A DNA stretch of 64,000 nt. Origin: Sphaerodactylus townsendi (Eukaryota). Position numbers and translations under genes: made by a program. Below are positions 25,061-37,661 of this stretch, in pieces. The stretch is taken from positions 91,078,001 through 91,142,000 of the forward strand of contig NC_059432.1 of the NCBI RefSeq assembly GCF_021028975.2. The letters run 5' to 3'. Every line of letters starts with the position of its first letter. Within the stretch, counting starts at the first letter, position 1. The notes under the pieces are model-generated. The model made no database searches and was not told the DNA's origin. It worked only from the letters and a program-made list of their open reading frames with translations.

Positions 25061-26431
25061 CTGTAAAAAACAGGCCAAAGATTGCAGAGGACCTGAAAGT
25101 ATTCACTCAAAACCTTTCTGCAGAAAAGGTGGCGCTTAAAAAGATCAGCTATGGTTTGGTTGTGCCTCTTGTTTGAAAACAATGAAAATTAGCTTGGAAT
25201 AGTAAAAGCCACCTTGTTGGGGGAATCTGTCAAGATTGTTTCATTTGGGAGCTATGTGCTGACCAAATGAATTGCCTACAGATCACACTGCCTTTCTTTC
25301 AGGGTTCTCTGCTATCACCATCAGCCACAAAGCATCTTCTACAGTCCTTACAAATTTAAATTTTACATGTTTTTGTAGGATATAGCTATTATTGTCCTGA
25401 CCTTTCTGTCTGGTAAGTTTCCTCATCTGTAAGGTGGGGTTTTCCCCACAAGCAACTTAGAGACATGACCTTTACCTCCTCCTGCAGACATTCCTTAATA
25501 CACAGAATGAGTGAACCCATCTCTAACCTTTTTAGTCTGAGCCTTTATGTTTTGACAGGCATATCATTACCATCAGGATGCCCAATACTACACAGGCAGC
25601 ATCTCCAGTGTAACATTTGTAAAATTTCTGATACAGGTATCATACCATTGACATTTTTCAGGTTTGTAGAAAGATCTGTCTTGTGTGTTCATGACTCCAG
25701 TTTCTGGATTTAAGCGTCCACAGATTTGCCCATTTTGACAGTCTGATATTTGATACAAAGTATATAGCTGTCAGAACTGACCAAACAATATGTTCTAAAA
25801 GAAATGGAAGGGAATTCTTCAATTGTTTACTTCTAAGGAATCTTAAGTGTGATCAATTCAGGAGTAATCTGGATTGAATGGAGGCTAGAACTGCTGTCTT
25901 GATAAATCTAAATCATGCCATCAGTTTACACTGTTAATATGATCAAGTGTCAGAGAAGGGTTAGGAATAAACAATTCTGAAATGGAATAGGGGAAAAAAT
26001 ATGGCAGATTTGAGGTTTGTTTCCAAGCCAGATAACCAGTAGCAGCAGTGGATTATTTCAGATTTTTCATGACTGAACCATCCAATACAGTAGGAGCAGA
26101 GAGAGACACATTGAAACCAGCTCCTCCCAGAGGGACCCAGGTCATCCTTTTGCTAAGGGACAGAACTGAGATAGAGGTCAACAGCTTACCTTGCCTTTGA
26201 TCTTTTTAAAGGCAGAGACTTGCATTTCTCTTCCTTTTCTTCTTCTGGCCCCTACCTCATTTTACTTTTTAGGACAATTTTAGGAGAACTTGCCTACTAT
26301 ACTCTAGCTACAGATGCAGCAGAGCATATCCAGAGCCTTGCTGACCAGGGAACGGCCAGGGCAGACAGCTCTGCTCCCAGTACCCTTAATCCATCTTCAC
26401 TGGTTAGTATAAGTGGGAATGAACATGAGAA

Positions 26432-26625
26432 TTTTGGATTTATACCCTACCTTTTTCTCCTGTAGGGAGTCTTAAGGTGGCTTACAAACTTCCCCCCCCT
26501 TCCTCTCCCCACAACAGACACCTTGTAAGGTAGGTGGGCTGAGAGAGTTCTGAGAGAGTGACTAGCTCAAGGTCACCCAGCAGTCTTCATGTGTAGGAGC
26601 AGGGAAACAAATCCTGTTCACAAGA
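26432..26625 (-). mobile_element. tRNA-derived squamate SINE (Squam3-like), partial
   Basis: Similar to 38915-39218 (TTTGGATTTATA...CACAAC...GCTGAGAGAG...AAGGTCACCCAGC). Confidence 0.8.
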
Positions 26626-28863
26626 TAAGTTGGGCAAGATCGAATGAAAAAGTTGGCTGGATTCAGCCAAAGCATTCTCCATCCAAGGGTGTACCACCCA
26701 GGGGGACATGTGGGGTCAAATGTCCCTGGGCTGTGGCCATTTAGTCATGTCTCTGTGTGTGGGGGGGGGGATTGCCCCTCATGCCCCTCCTCTTTCCCTC
26801 CAGGCCCATACACTGACTTTAAGACCTGTACAAAAAGTTGTTTGGGAGTGATGGGGAAGGGCGGCTGCCCATACGGGGGTGCCCCCCCTGGAGAACTCAG
26901 ATTTTGCACTGGGCTACATTTTCCCAAGATACACCTCTGTTTCCATCTTTCTGTTCCTCTATACCCCTCCAATGACTCCAAATTCTGCTGCAAAAGTCAA
27001 CCAGGAAAAATTCCTTTCTCTTTGCCATGCCACGTTGAAAATCCTCTTGCTTTTCTGCCCTCATTAAGTTTAGTCTGTCTCTACATATATCCCTCTTGAT
27101 AAGTCCCTAGCCTGCTGCAATGTTAGAGCTGAATGTGGTTTTTTATGCCAATAAGAGTCTGTATACTTTTATGACTTGATGAGACGTCGGATATTAATAT
27201 AAATGCTTGATCGTAATGCACATGACCGAGGCACAAGAGCTTCACAATATGAAAGGATCTTGAATATAATGACATTATAAATAGCAAAGGATTTAAAGAG
27301 GCTGTAATAACAGGCCATTTTATGGTACTTTGCGAAAGATTTGCAAGCTTCTGAAGTCATTCGGCATTATGTTTCATTTGGCACTAATGCAGTAGATTAT
27401 TGTTAGGAACTTACATCAATAATATTTTTAGCTAATGATCAGGAAATACCTGTAACTTGGGAAACTTCTCATGGGCCTACACATATTGGTGCAATTAGTG
27501 ATTTCAGAGCAAGGTTCAAGTTCAGTAACATCTCAGAAACCAGCAAGATTTCCAGGGTGTAAGCTTTTATAAGTCAACACTCCTTTTGTCAGATACAACA
27601 TATTTGGGGAAAAGAGTTTGACTCTTGAACGCTTATACCCTGGCAATCTTGCTGCTCTCTAAGGTGCTACTGGACTCAGATCTTGCTCTTCTACTGGGGA
27701 TTAACATGGTTACCTTTCTGATGTTAGAAGACATTTGATGCATGTGAATATCTAAAATCCAAGGGTTTCTATGCCATTCTCATTAGGGGTCATTGTCTTG
27801 ACTTTCCACATGCTCAAGGGTCCATGCTTAACCAGAAACATGAAAAGAACCTTCATGCTGACCCCTTGCGCTAACTGAAACATAGAGTATCCCAAGCTGT
27901 TGTTCTGCTTGCTTGAGATACTGTGCAAGCAATGTTTGGCGACTATAAGATACAGGAAGGAGAGTGCTTGGTGTTGCGCAAGATCTTGCTCAAGCAGAAC
28001 TGCACTAGACCCATTTATGTTCCTGCTTGGCAATTCTGGATCCAAGCCATTACTTGGGAAGCAATCTGTGACTATATATGTATCCTACATATCCTAAGGC
28101 TAGCCTGTACATTGTTCCTTTAATCAGGTTCATATTTTGTACTATTTCACAATAATTTTATCTTAAACACAGGACTGAATTTTGTCTTAAAAACCGGACT
28201 GAATAGAAACTTATTTTTTTAATGGAACAAAATGCAAAATTATTTTGGAAACTTGTTTGTGTTCTGCAGAGTTTATAAGATGGGGCCTGTAAGATGGAGG
28301 CATATGGTTGAGGACAGCGACATAATTTTATCTGTTTGACCTCTCCTTCTTCCTCCCTTTTCTTCCTCCCCTTTTTGGTCCCTTTTCCTTCTTCCAGTAT
28401 AAAAGTGGCTGAGTGGGGATGGTGCACATTTTAATTATTCTCCCTTAGTAGGATTTATTGGCGCTATTGTATCACTGATTAGATTTTATTGGATTTTATC
28501 ATATTTTAATTTCACTCAAATGTTGTATGACTCCCTAAGTAAATAAATTAATAAATAAATGTTCAGTGACACTAAAATCCATTTAGTGTCAGTGTGGCAC
28601 CAGTCCACATATTTAGATATCCACAGATGGGGGCCACTTCTCTGTTAGATATACAGATATATAATAATTCAATAAAACATAGCCAGGGAGGAAACCACGA
28701 ACAGTTATTGAGGGTATGCCAAGCAGAACAAAAGTCTTTACCCCACTGCTGGAACATAACAATGGAGGGAGATAGATAGTGGAGGGAGATAGATAAACCC
28801 TCCTGGGGAAGGATTTCCAAAATTACCACACCGTGGCCATGGGCAGTGGAACAGAGAAACATA

Positions 28864-28994
28864 GGCTCATTCCGTACATGCACTTTCAAACTGCTTTCAG
28901 TGCTCTTTAAAGCTGTGTGGAATAGCAAAATCCACTTGCAAACAGTTGTGAAAGTGGTTTGAAAACGCATTATTTTGCATGTGTGGAAGGGGCC
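28864..28994. mobile_element. Harbinger-like MITE, copy 2, inverted, with a 10-bp deletion
   Basis: Reverse complement of 12486-12626. Flanks are ATA and TTA. Confidence 0.9.
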
Positions 28995-29200
28995 TTAGCT
29001 TGTGATATACCTTGGAAGTAATTCGATGTATCATGGGAATCATTCTATATTGAAAGACCATTCCTATGAAATATGAGGCATGGGCCAACCCTGAGCAGCT
29101 ATTTCAAAAGATGATTTCAAATGTACAGATAGGGGGAATCCTGAAGAACTAAACCAACCAAGAGCCACGTATTAGATAAATTAACAGCAGCTTTTTGTAC

Positions 29201-29393
29201 CAGCTTGAGAAACTTTGCCATTTTGCGGCTTGCTTCTTTTAGACTCAGCAATGATTTCTTTCGAGGTAGATCCATCATCAGAAGGAAAGGAATTTTCCAA
29301 TGTGCGTTGAAATTAGTTCTGCCGCTGCTGGCATGTTTGCCTGTCTTATGTGCTGACTGATGCTATATGGTTGGGAGCTCATTTTTGTATCTT
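29201..29393 (-). CDS. Candidate exon: RYKNELPTI* (TAG at 29363-65); the frame stays open beyond the stop (HQSAHK...HWKIPFLLMMDLPRKKSLLSLKEASRKMAKFLKL) to a donor
   Basis: Acceptor tattatacag in phase 2 fits exon 41473-41518. Donor CTG|gtacaa in phase 0 fits 25004-25060. Confidence 0.35.
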
Positions 29394-29996
29394 CTGTATA
29401 ATATGCTATACTGGGAATGGATGAAAAGTCTATTATAATATGTCTTACTGTGGTGTAAAAATAATTTTCATTTTGAGATCTCTCATTCTGAACAATGAAA
29501 TGCTTACTGTCTTCTGTGTACAATTATGCAGGTTTTTTTTTTAAAAAATTATATATACATAAATTAGGTATGCCTATTTTTCACTGACTGGAAAAGCAGA
29601 GCCCTAAGGAGTTTTGAGGCTTTTCTACAAAACAAGAAATGATGTTTGTAGTTTGTAACCCTTGACGTCTGTATTATGTGCAAGTAAATAATGCATTTCT
29701 ATCTTATGTTTCTCAATGTTCCCAAGGTTTATAGGAATACTCTATGGATTTTCTGGGATGGTAATGGTGGTAGTAAAACCAACATAATTCCATTTTAATG
29801 GAGTTGAAGGCCCATATCTGTATTAAAATCTTCTTCCCTTTGTCTTTTGTAAGACAGAAGAATGCCTTTATATGTATTTCTGTTAGTATTAAAAAGATTA
29901 ATAAATACAGCTCATTAAAGTGACTTTCCGGCTTGATATGTTCAAGGAGCCCTTTTTAATACTGACTTCAGTGCCACATGGTTTAGGGCATTCTCT

Positions 29997-30522
29997 GGCC
30001 GTTTCTGCACGGCCATGATGGGGGTTGGGTCAGCGTACACGACGCCGACCCAACCCCCCTGGGACCATTCGCACGAGCGGTCCCAGAAACCACCGGGAAG
30101 ATGACGCTGTTGAGCGTCACCTGGTCAACCTACCGTCTCTGCGGCCGTCCGGTGCGTCGCCGAGGCCTGGGGATACACTCCCCCTGCCCGCAATAGCCAC
30201 ATCCGGCGATGCGCCAGGAGCACGAAGGCATGTCCCCAGGCCTCGGCGATGACGCGGAACGGGCGAAGAGATGAAGTAAGATTGACCGGATTACGCAGGG
30301 GAAGGGATGGCGCCGAGGAAGCTGCGTTTCCGTAAACCTGCAGCTGGGGAAACAAAGGTCGGAAAGCGGTGAAAGCCGGCGCCGCTTCGAGGAAGATGTG
30401 GCGAGAGAGTGAAGATAGCGGCTGTGCAGCAGCTGTATTGCCCCTGTCTTGGCGAACCAACTCCTGGGGACGGCGTTTTTGCCATCCCCAGGGCGCTGTT
30501 TATGGCCGGTGTGGAAAGGGCC
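29997..30522. mobile_element. CpG-rich Harbinger-like non-autonomous element (526 bp)
   Basis: Left end GGCCGTTTCTGCACGGCCAT; reverse complement of the right end is GGCCCTTTCCACACCGGCCAT. Internal IR GTCGCCGAGGCCTGGGGA / TCCCCAGGCCTCGGCGAT. The TSD is not clean. Confidence 0.7.
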
Positions 30523-32741
30523 ATATACTCAATAGACCTTATGGGAGTCCATGTTGTCACATGTAACAGTACATTGTAAAGATCAAGCAGTCTACCACCG
30601 CAACTGCACATTTCAAGGGAAAAACAGTAGTAGTGATCAAATTTTCGTTCATGGAAGGTCAATTGTTTGTCCTCTCATTGAAGACCCCCTGGTAAATGTC
30701 CAGATATCCAAGCCCCCATTAACGGCTGTGATGACATGGAAACTCTGTAGTTAAGGGCTGATTTACTCTTGAAATTTTGTTCCTCCAGGGAAGAGCTTTC
30801 TTGTAGACTTCTGGATTTATCTGGTTAATTAATCTGAACAAGATGATGCTGAATTAGATGGAGTTTTGGTCTCATCCAATAGGTCTCTTTGTGTTCTCAT
30901 GAACACAGTTTGAAAACGACTGAATTAGTAAATTGGTAGAATTCATTAGAATATGGAGGGGAAATAGACCTATAATACATAGGGCAAGACAGAAAATAAC
31001 TTAAAATAGTTAGGATTGGTTTCTTCTGAGATTAGTTCTTAGAGCCTGATATAGCCCCCATTCCTGAGGATGAGCATTTTGGGCACTCTAGACCTCTTTT
31101 TCCTCATCAAAGTCTGAATGAATCTTGGGTCTTAAAGGGGTCTCAATAACTTCATCAATGCCCAGTTCAGTAATGTAAATACTGCTCAGCTGGCTGGACC
31201 TTGGATGCTGTTATCACTATGGATCCAGTGTTACCGTCATTCCCTTGACTGGCTTTCCCTTTGAGTTGCAGGGTTAGGGTGGGGTGGGGAGGGACTGATA
31301 GTGCCCTTCCTTTGACTCCTTGATCTCTTGTCAATCACTCTGCAACCAGGGAAATAGATGGCTACTTTAGGAGATTGCTGATGCCTTTCCTCAGTTAATT
31401 CATTAATGGGGGCTCCAGTTGGCTTTTGGGCTATTCTGATTTGAAAGTTCCATTCTGTTTTTTCTTGAAATTTGACAATGACATATCCTTTTCTGAACTG
31501 GGCATGCCTGCTTTGCCCAGGCATGATTGAATGATACCATATCACTCTGCTGAGGCTGTCCAGAGAACCACATAACAAACTTTGCACAACAGAGAACCTT
31601 CTGTTTAGTCGTATAGCAAACCAAAGTTCATTCCATAGTTTCAGAGTCATGTCTAAAGTAAACAAAATGCCAGAGCTGACCTATGTTCACCATGAAGACA
31701 TTTAATAAAGTTTATGTACATATTTCTGCATGCCTTGATTAAAGGCATCTTTAATGCTGCAGGAAAGCTCATTAGAATGTAACAAACTGTAATAACCAAT
31801 TTCTAAAATCACTGCATGTAACTTCTGTACTGGAGATAATTCTCCTTCATTTACTGTGTGGAAATTTACAAGCTTCTATAATACTATTTATTTAAATAAG
31901 AAAATTAGTCTTGGGAACATTGAAAGAATAATTGGAATGAGCTTTACTACCCTGCAATCCAAACTGTAAATTTGAGGACTGAAATAGTTTAAATTATTTG
32001 TAAGGTGTGGGTTTGCTTAGCATTAGCACATATTAACAAAGGAGCATAGATAAGGCTCCTCTGGTAATCCAGATCATAAAATATTAAATTTTCTATTAAA
32101 ACCTTGGTTTTCTGTTTGGATTGATGCCTCTGTCTTGGCTATAAAAAATTAGCTGATTACTCTTCTACATTTTAGGGGAGAATACCAAAACATTTTATGT
32201 CCACATATATGAACTTGAAGATATTAAAGTCAATGTTGCATCCCCAAACTATCTTGAAAGTACAAAATTGCCCTGATTATGACATTCCTTCTCTTTTATG
32301 GCATTCTTAACATCACGCTGTAGTGCAGTTACCCCTCGTGTGGTATTTGTGCATGTCATGGTTCCCATTAATATGCTTCCTGGTTCCACTTTGTTCTTTC
32401 CCAAAGCAAGGAGTCAATACTGGTTTTCCTTCATTTCACTGAAAAAGGATGTGCTTCAGCATATTCAAGAAACATCCCTTTTATGTCTTCAGGGTTCACC
32501 CTCTTGGAAATAGGGCCCTCCATCACAGAAGGATACTAAGTTTGAACCTCTCAACTGGTTGTAGTTGGCCCCTATCTATTTTACAGCCATTTTATGGTGG
32601 TATCCATCATACTGTTCTTAAAATTCCATACTTGCTCCCAGGATCAATAGAGTTGGGGACACCTGCTCTAATGTCATCAAGAAAATCTTTTTGCAGCAGC
32701 TGAGGACATGATCTAGTTTCATCAGTTTCATTATTATTATT

Positions 32742-33107
32742 GTAGATTTCACAGGTGCCAGATCTTTAGCTGGTTGTTGGCCTTCATTACAATTCGAGCC
32801 TCACCCAGAAGCCTAGGAAGTTGTATTCGCACGTAGTATTCATGCGGATCCCAGCAGGGCTTCCTTCTGAATTTGACAGATGTTAATTTTGTCAATTTGA
32901 AGATGTTTCAAGTGCTGCCTTAGTGCTTTCGGGATGGCAACCAGCATGTGGATTACCACTAGGACAAGCTCAGCTGGTTTGTGCCATAGTTGCTGAATCT
33001 TGATTTTCAAATCGTGGAATCTAGTGACCTTCTCGTGTTCTTTTTCAATGACCCTTCTGTCACCAGGGACTGCTATGTCGATAATGGGCACTTTCTTGTC
33101 CTCGGCG
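32742..33107 (-). mobile_element. R4/Dong-clade non-LTR retrotransposon 3' fragment (restriction-like endonuclease domain)
   Basis: Reads IIDIAVPGDRRVIEKEHEKVTRFHDLKIKIQQLWHKP...IPKAL...IQKEALLGSA. Flanked by (TTA)n at 32731-41 and (TTG)n(TAG)n at 33108-33162. Confidence 0.85.
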
Positions 33108-33142
<35 letters not shown>

Positions 33143-34941
33143 AGTAGTAGTAGTAGTAGTAGTTATTCTAAATCCCCATAACAGCCTATTTGGTTTTTGC
33201 ATGCTAAGGCACAATCAGAAGGTAGGTAGTACATTTAAACTACTGTAATAAGTGAGATTCCCAAGGTTTAATTTACATCCAGGAAAAGCCCAGGGTCTTA
33301 ATTTGGGAAAGAATTTTAAAGAGAGAAAAATGGAAGAGTTTGTTTCCAAAGTCGGAACAGGCATATTTCTGGTGTGAGGGGGCAAGATTTATCTCATTTT
33401 TGTAGAAGGGAAGTTGAACAAGGCTGGATAGGTGAACTTGTCCCTGAGGCCTTATGACTTGATATTTGGGCCAGCTATGTAAATTCCACAGCCTACATGA
33501 CATAAAAAAGTGCTATTAGTGAAATCGGCTGAGAAAAACTTGTGGATTCAGTGCTGTGTGGGTTGAAAGACAGGTTTAAACTTATCCATTTCATCCCCTC
33601 ACTGATCTGAGCCATCATTCAGTTATTAACAACAATATTTCCAGAACCATAATTCCAAGGAAAGTAATAGTATATTTCACTTTTCCACAAAATTAAACTT
33701 GTTTTTTAATTCTCAAAAGACATGAAACTGGATAATTGATGTTACAAGACTGCCACTGTTAAATAATAGAATGCAAACCCTGCCTCTCTCTTATTTTTTT
33801 TCCACTTTGAGCAGTTGGGTTAAGAGTACAATAAATAGAAGCACTGTGAACAAAGAGGAGGTATTCAGTTTAGCTTGCTTTTGAATTCTGAAATAGCAAC
33901 AGCATCCAGAAAATAGTAGCTGGATTGATTATTTTTGATAGTTGTTATGGAGACACCATACTGATACAACTACAATGAATGTACAAAATACAATGAAAGG
34001 GTTAGGGAAGAAAAATAGGACACTAGGTTATGAAAGCACATGGAAGAAACTATATTGTATGGTGCGCATTAAGTAACAATGAAGAAAATAGTTTTTAGAA
34101 TCATATCTAAAGGTCAACAAATGATGAGGAGGCCACTCTGACTTCGAGACAGATCATATCAATTAAACTGTTCAACATAGCAATTAAACTGGTCCCTACT
34201 CCCTTGTAAAAAACGTTAGTGTCCATCTGAAACAAAGACCCAGCTTTATTCCAGGCCACAGAAATGTAGGATTTCTATGACAACCCTCTGAAACCTGTAT
34301 ACAAGGCTCCCATTGCTTTTGTAACCTTCCTGCTCCATCCATTTCACATTTTTGTCTAGAAGGAGAGAGGAAGCAACGAGGTTGCAGTGTGTGTAAGAAA
34401 AAGAGAGGAGAAAGAATGAGGTGTTGAGATGCGCAGCAAGATTCCTAGGTCCAATTTACAGCCCAATTAAATTGCAAAAAGTATTGTAACTGAGGATGAA
34501 ATTGGTGGTGACTTTTTAACCTTGTATAAGCTTTAGAAATCCTATTCACCTGTGGCCTAGCTCACTTTTTTAGTCATACAATGATTTATATATTTGGTGT
34601 ACATATCTAATGCATAGGCCCATGTAGAAATGGGAAGGCCCAGAAAACAGATTAAAAAAAAAAGTTACCCCACCCCACCCCAGAACTTTTAACAAGTTCT
34701 GGACAGCCCGGGAAAAAACTCTTACAAAATATTGTTTCCTTAGGAATCAATGGAATGCCTTTTAAGTCAAAGTTTTACCCAAAACATAATCCATAAAAAT
34801 ATTTGAGGACTTTTCTTTTTTTTTCTGATCGTCTTCTGGTGAAAAGATTAAGAAATGTTGGGAAGCACCCAAAAAACCATCCTGTATGTACAAAATACAT
34901 CTAATTTCTTTTTGAATGAGCAAGATGTGTTGAGATAACAT

Positions 34942-35072
34942 TAGGGCCGGAGCGAGGGGGAACTGCGTCCAGGGCATGTGTGCACCCTGCCCGCCACGCC
35001 ACGCCCCAGAACACCCCTGCACTGGCGTGCACCCAATGCATCGCCCCCCGCCCCCTTGGCACTACACCACTT
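34942..35072. mobile_element. GC-rich hAT-type MITE with a perfect 8-bp TSD GATAACAT
   Basis: TSD at 34934-41 and 35073-80. Shares an end motif with the 36272 and 37493 copies in inverted orientation. Confidence 0.8.
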
Positions 35073-36271
35073 GATAACATAAGGTGCATCAGTTTGCAGC
35101 TCTTTTTACAACATGTATTTGAAGTGTTTGCTATTGAAAACGAAAGCATCTATGCGCTTATATTTTGTAAATATGTAAACAACTGTATATCTTATATTAT
35201 GGATGGGACAGTTTAAGACCCTAGGATAGGGATGAATGACAGGAATGGCTTTCAATGCAATCGAGGGTGGGGTGGGGTATGCAAAACCATGGAGAATGTG
35301 GTGTGACTCCAGCACTGGTGTAAATGCCACCTACAGTGCACAAGGAACATTTACTCCAGTGCAAAGGCACTTAAGCAACCTTCTCATCTTTTAAAGTGTT
35401 TGCGTACCTAAGCATTTAAATAATTTGAGAGAGGCTCCAGGGTAAGAAAAACAACCACTTTTATGTGACAAGTTTGTGATCATTCTCATGGGCCTGTTTT
35501 TCCCCCTCTAGGAATTGAATGATGAATTATTCACTGCTGAAGGGTTATAAATATCCCTTTTAAGGCACCAAGTTCTCATCTATGCTGCAACACCAGGCGG
35601 TAAACCAATCTGCTATCTGAGAAATAAATAATTTGTTTATACCAGCCTAGTTTCCATTTAAATCACCATTCTTTGGTGACATTGGCATCTTTGTGATGTA
35701 CGAATTATAGGGCCTGTTATAGAAAAGACTAGCATTTCCACTGAAGCAAATGAATGCTAAGTGGCTACTATATGTTAAAAGTTTTGTTTGGAAATAATAG
35801 GTTGCATTATGCTCTTCTCGCTCCCCTTCACTGAAGGTTCAGCAAGAGAACTGTGATTTGCCCTGTTTCTTTGAGTTCAGCTTGCACCCGATTTGCTTCA
35901 CGGTGGTATATTTCTACACTCAAGGGAAAGCATGTATAAGTAATATTAAATTCTTTTATTCAGGATGGGGGGGGGGGGAACCCTCTGAATGAGCGTTAAG
36001 CATGCATACTTTAACCAGGGTGCTTGCCTGCATGCAGGAAGGCATAAATCAACAGTTTAACTTTACACTTGGGTGTATTTTTCTGTTGGTAATTTTATTC
36101 CATTGTATTTGTATATAGGACACAGGTCAAGTAAGGAAGCTTAGTTTAATGCCTCAGTAAATAAAACTAGGTTTCTTGCTATAATACAAGCATGTACAGT
36201 GGATGTCTGCCAAGATTTTTAGTCACCTTGGTTCTCAAATCTACAGGAAGGAGGTTCCATTCTCCATTTGA

Positions 36272-36441
36272 CAGTGGGGTAGCATCAATGGGATAGGGGT
36301 GTGTGACACCCTGGGTGCGTGCCACAGCAGGGATGTGGCCGGGGCATGGTGGGGGTGTTCCAGGGCAGGGTGGGCAGCACTACATCAGGGGCGCAGGGTG
36401 CGCACGCGTCCCGGGCGCAGTTCTCCCTCGTTCCACCCCTG
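36272..36441. mobile_element. GC-rich hAT-type MITE with 8-bp TSD CCATTTGA/CCCTTTGA
   Basis: CAGTGGGGTAG...GGGCGCAGTTCTCCCTCGTTCCACCCCTG. The TSD copies match at 7 of 8 positions. Confidence 0.8.
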
Positions 36442-36544
36442 CCCTTTGACAACATTATTGTTGGTCAAAGGAAGAAATTGCAGTGATACAATTTAGCTGG
36501 AAACTCCATCTGAAACTTACTATGGTTCTGGTGACTACCATATA

Positions 36545-37005
36545 TATTTTTTTTCATTTTTATACCGCCCTCCCCCGGAGGGCTCAGGGTGGTGTACAAC
36601 ATTGACAACCAAATAAAAACAAAAGAGAAACAAAATTAAGAATTAAAATGCAGCATACAATTATCAAACCCAAGTAAATTTAAAATAGATGGCATCCGGC
36701 TATTAAAACTCCTCTTAAGAGGGGGACAGCGGGTCTTAGAATATTTCTTAGAATGTTTCGGGCACCCACATCAGCAGCTGGTCTCCCCAAAGCCCCGGTG
36801 GAATAGCTCAGTCTTACAGGCCCTGCGGAACTCGTTAAGATCCCGCAGGGCTCGGACAGCTGGAGGGAGAGCATTCCACCAGGCAGGGGCCAGGGCCGTA
36901 AAAGCCCTGGCCCTAGTGGAGGCCAGCCGCATCATAGAGGGGGCGGGGATCACCAGCAAGTTGGCCTCTGCTGAACACAGGGACCGGCGTGGGACATATG
37001 GGGCC
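36545..37005 (-). mobile_element. L2-clade LINE 3' fragment, same young family as 3021 and 13605
   Basis: ORF 36771-37007 reads PYVPRRSLCSAEANLLVIP...RLASTRARAFTALAPAWWNALP. Confidence 0.9.
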
Positions 37006-37492
37006 ACCCATAAACATTATGTGAAATGTGGCCACCCATAAACTGGCCACCTGTAAACTGACTTAAAATTTTTTGACAGCTCATTGGAGTTGGTCAGAAG
37101 CAGCTAGATTGCAAAGTTATTGCCCACCTTTCTTCAACTATTGCTAATATTTATCTCACATATCTCTGGTGCCTAATTGTTCTAATTCATCTCAATTAAG
37201 AGGCACAATTAACTGCTAAAGCATAAAGAAAATATGAATGGATACACACATAACTGCCACCATGCTGCAGCCGACCTATGGCAGCAAGAGGTATTCAAGG
37301 CAACTGATTAAGCAGAGGTAGTTTGCCATTGACTTCTTCTGCAAAGTTGTCCTTGGTGGCCTGCCTTCCAAGTACCAACCCTGCTTAGGTTCTGAAATCT
37401 GGCAAGATGCAAGGTTGGACTATACGGTGCTGTCTTCCTTCCACAAATAGATACACAGTGGATAAGAAAAGCAGCCCATGGCATTATAGCCA

Positions 37493-37661
37493 CTGTGGCA
37501 TCATATCACCTTTTGCCAAAGGGGTGAGGGGTGATGCATTACACACCAGGCACGCACCAGTGCAGGAGCATGGCAGGGGCATTCCAGGGTGGGGCAGGGG
37601 CGTGGCAGGAGCGCAGGGTGCATGCGTGCCTCGGGCGCAGTTTCCCCTCACTCCAGCCCTG
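37493..37661. mobile_element. GC-rich hAT-type MITE, third copy; partial fourth copy at ~46007-46090
   Basis: Ends GGGCGCAGTTTCCCCTCACTCCAGCCCTG. Degenerate TSD TATAGCCA/TTTAGCTG. Confidence 0.65.

Noticed and set aside
27122-27510. Protein-looking + frame (YERILNIMTL...VIRHYVSFG) suggesting an endogenous viral relic or TAA/TAG recoding
   Set aside because: Six stops in about 130 codons is what random AT-rich DNA gives, and I recognise no viral motif.
29181-29312. Minus-strand frame ending ...GTKSCC*, resembling a Rab prenylation tail
   Set aside because: There is a stop just upstream, no acceptor in that frame, and no GTPase motifs in the window.
30025-30662. GC-rich ORFs, or a host CpG-island promoter
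   Set aside because: The GC-rich region coincides with a TIR-bounded element, and high GC explains the open frames.
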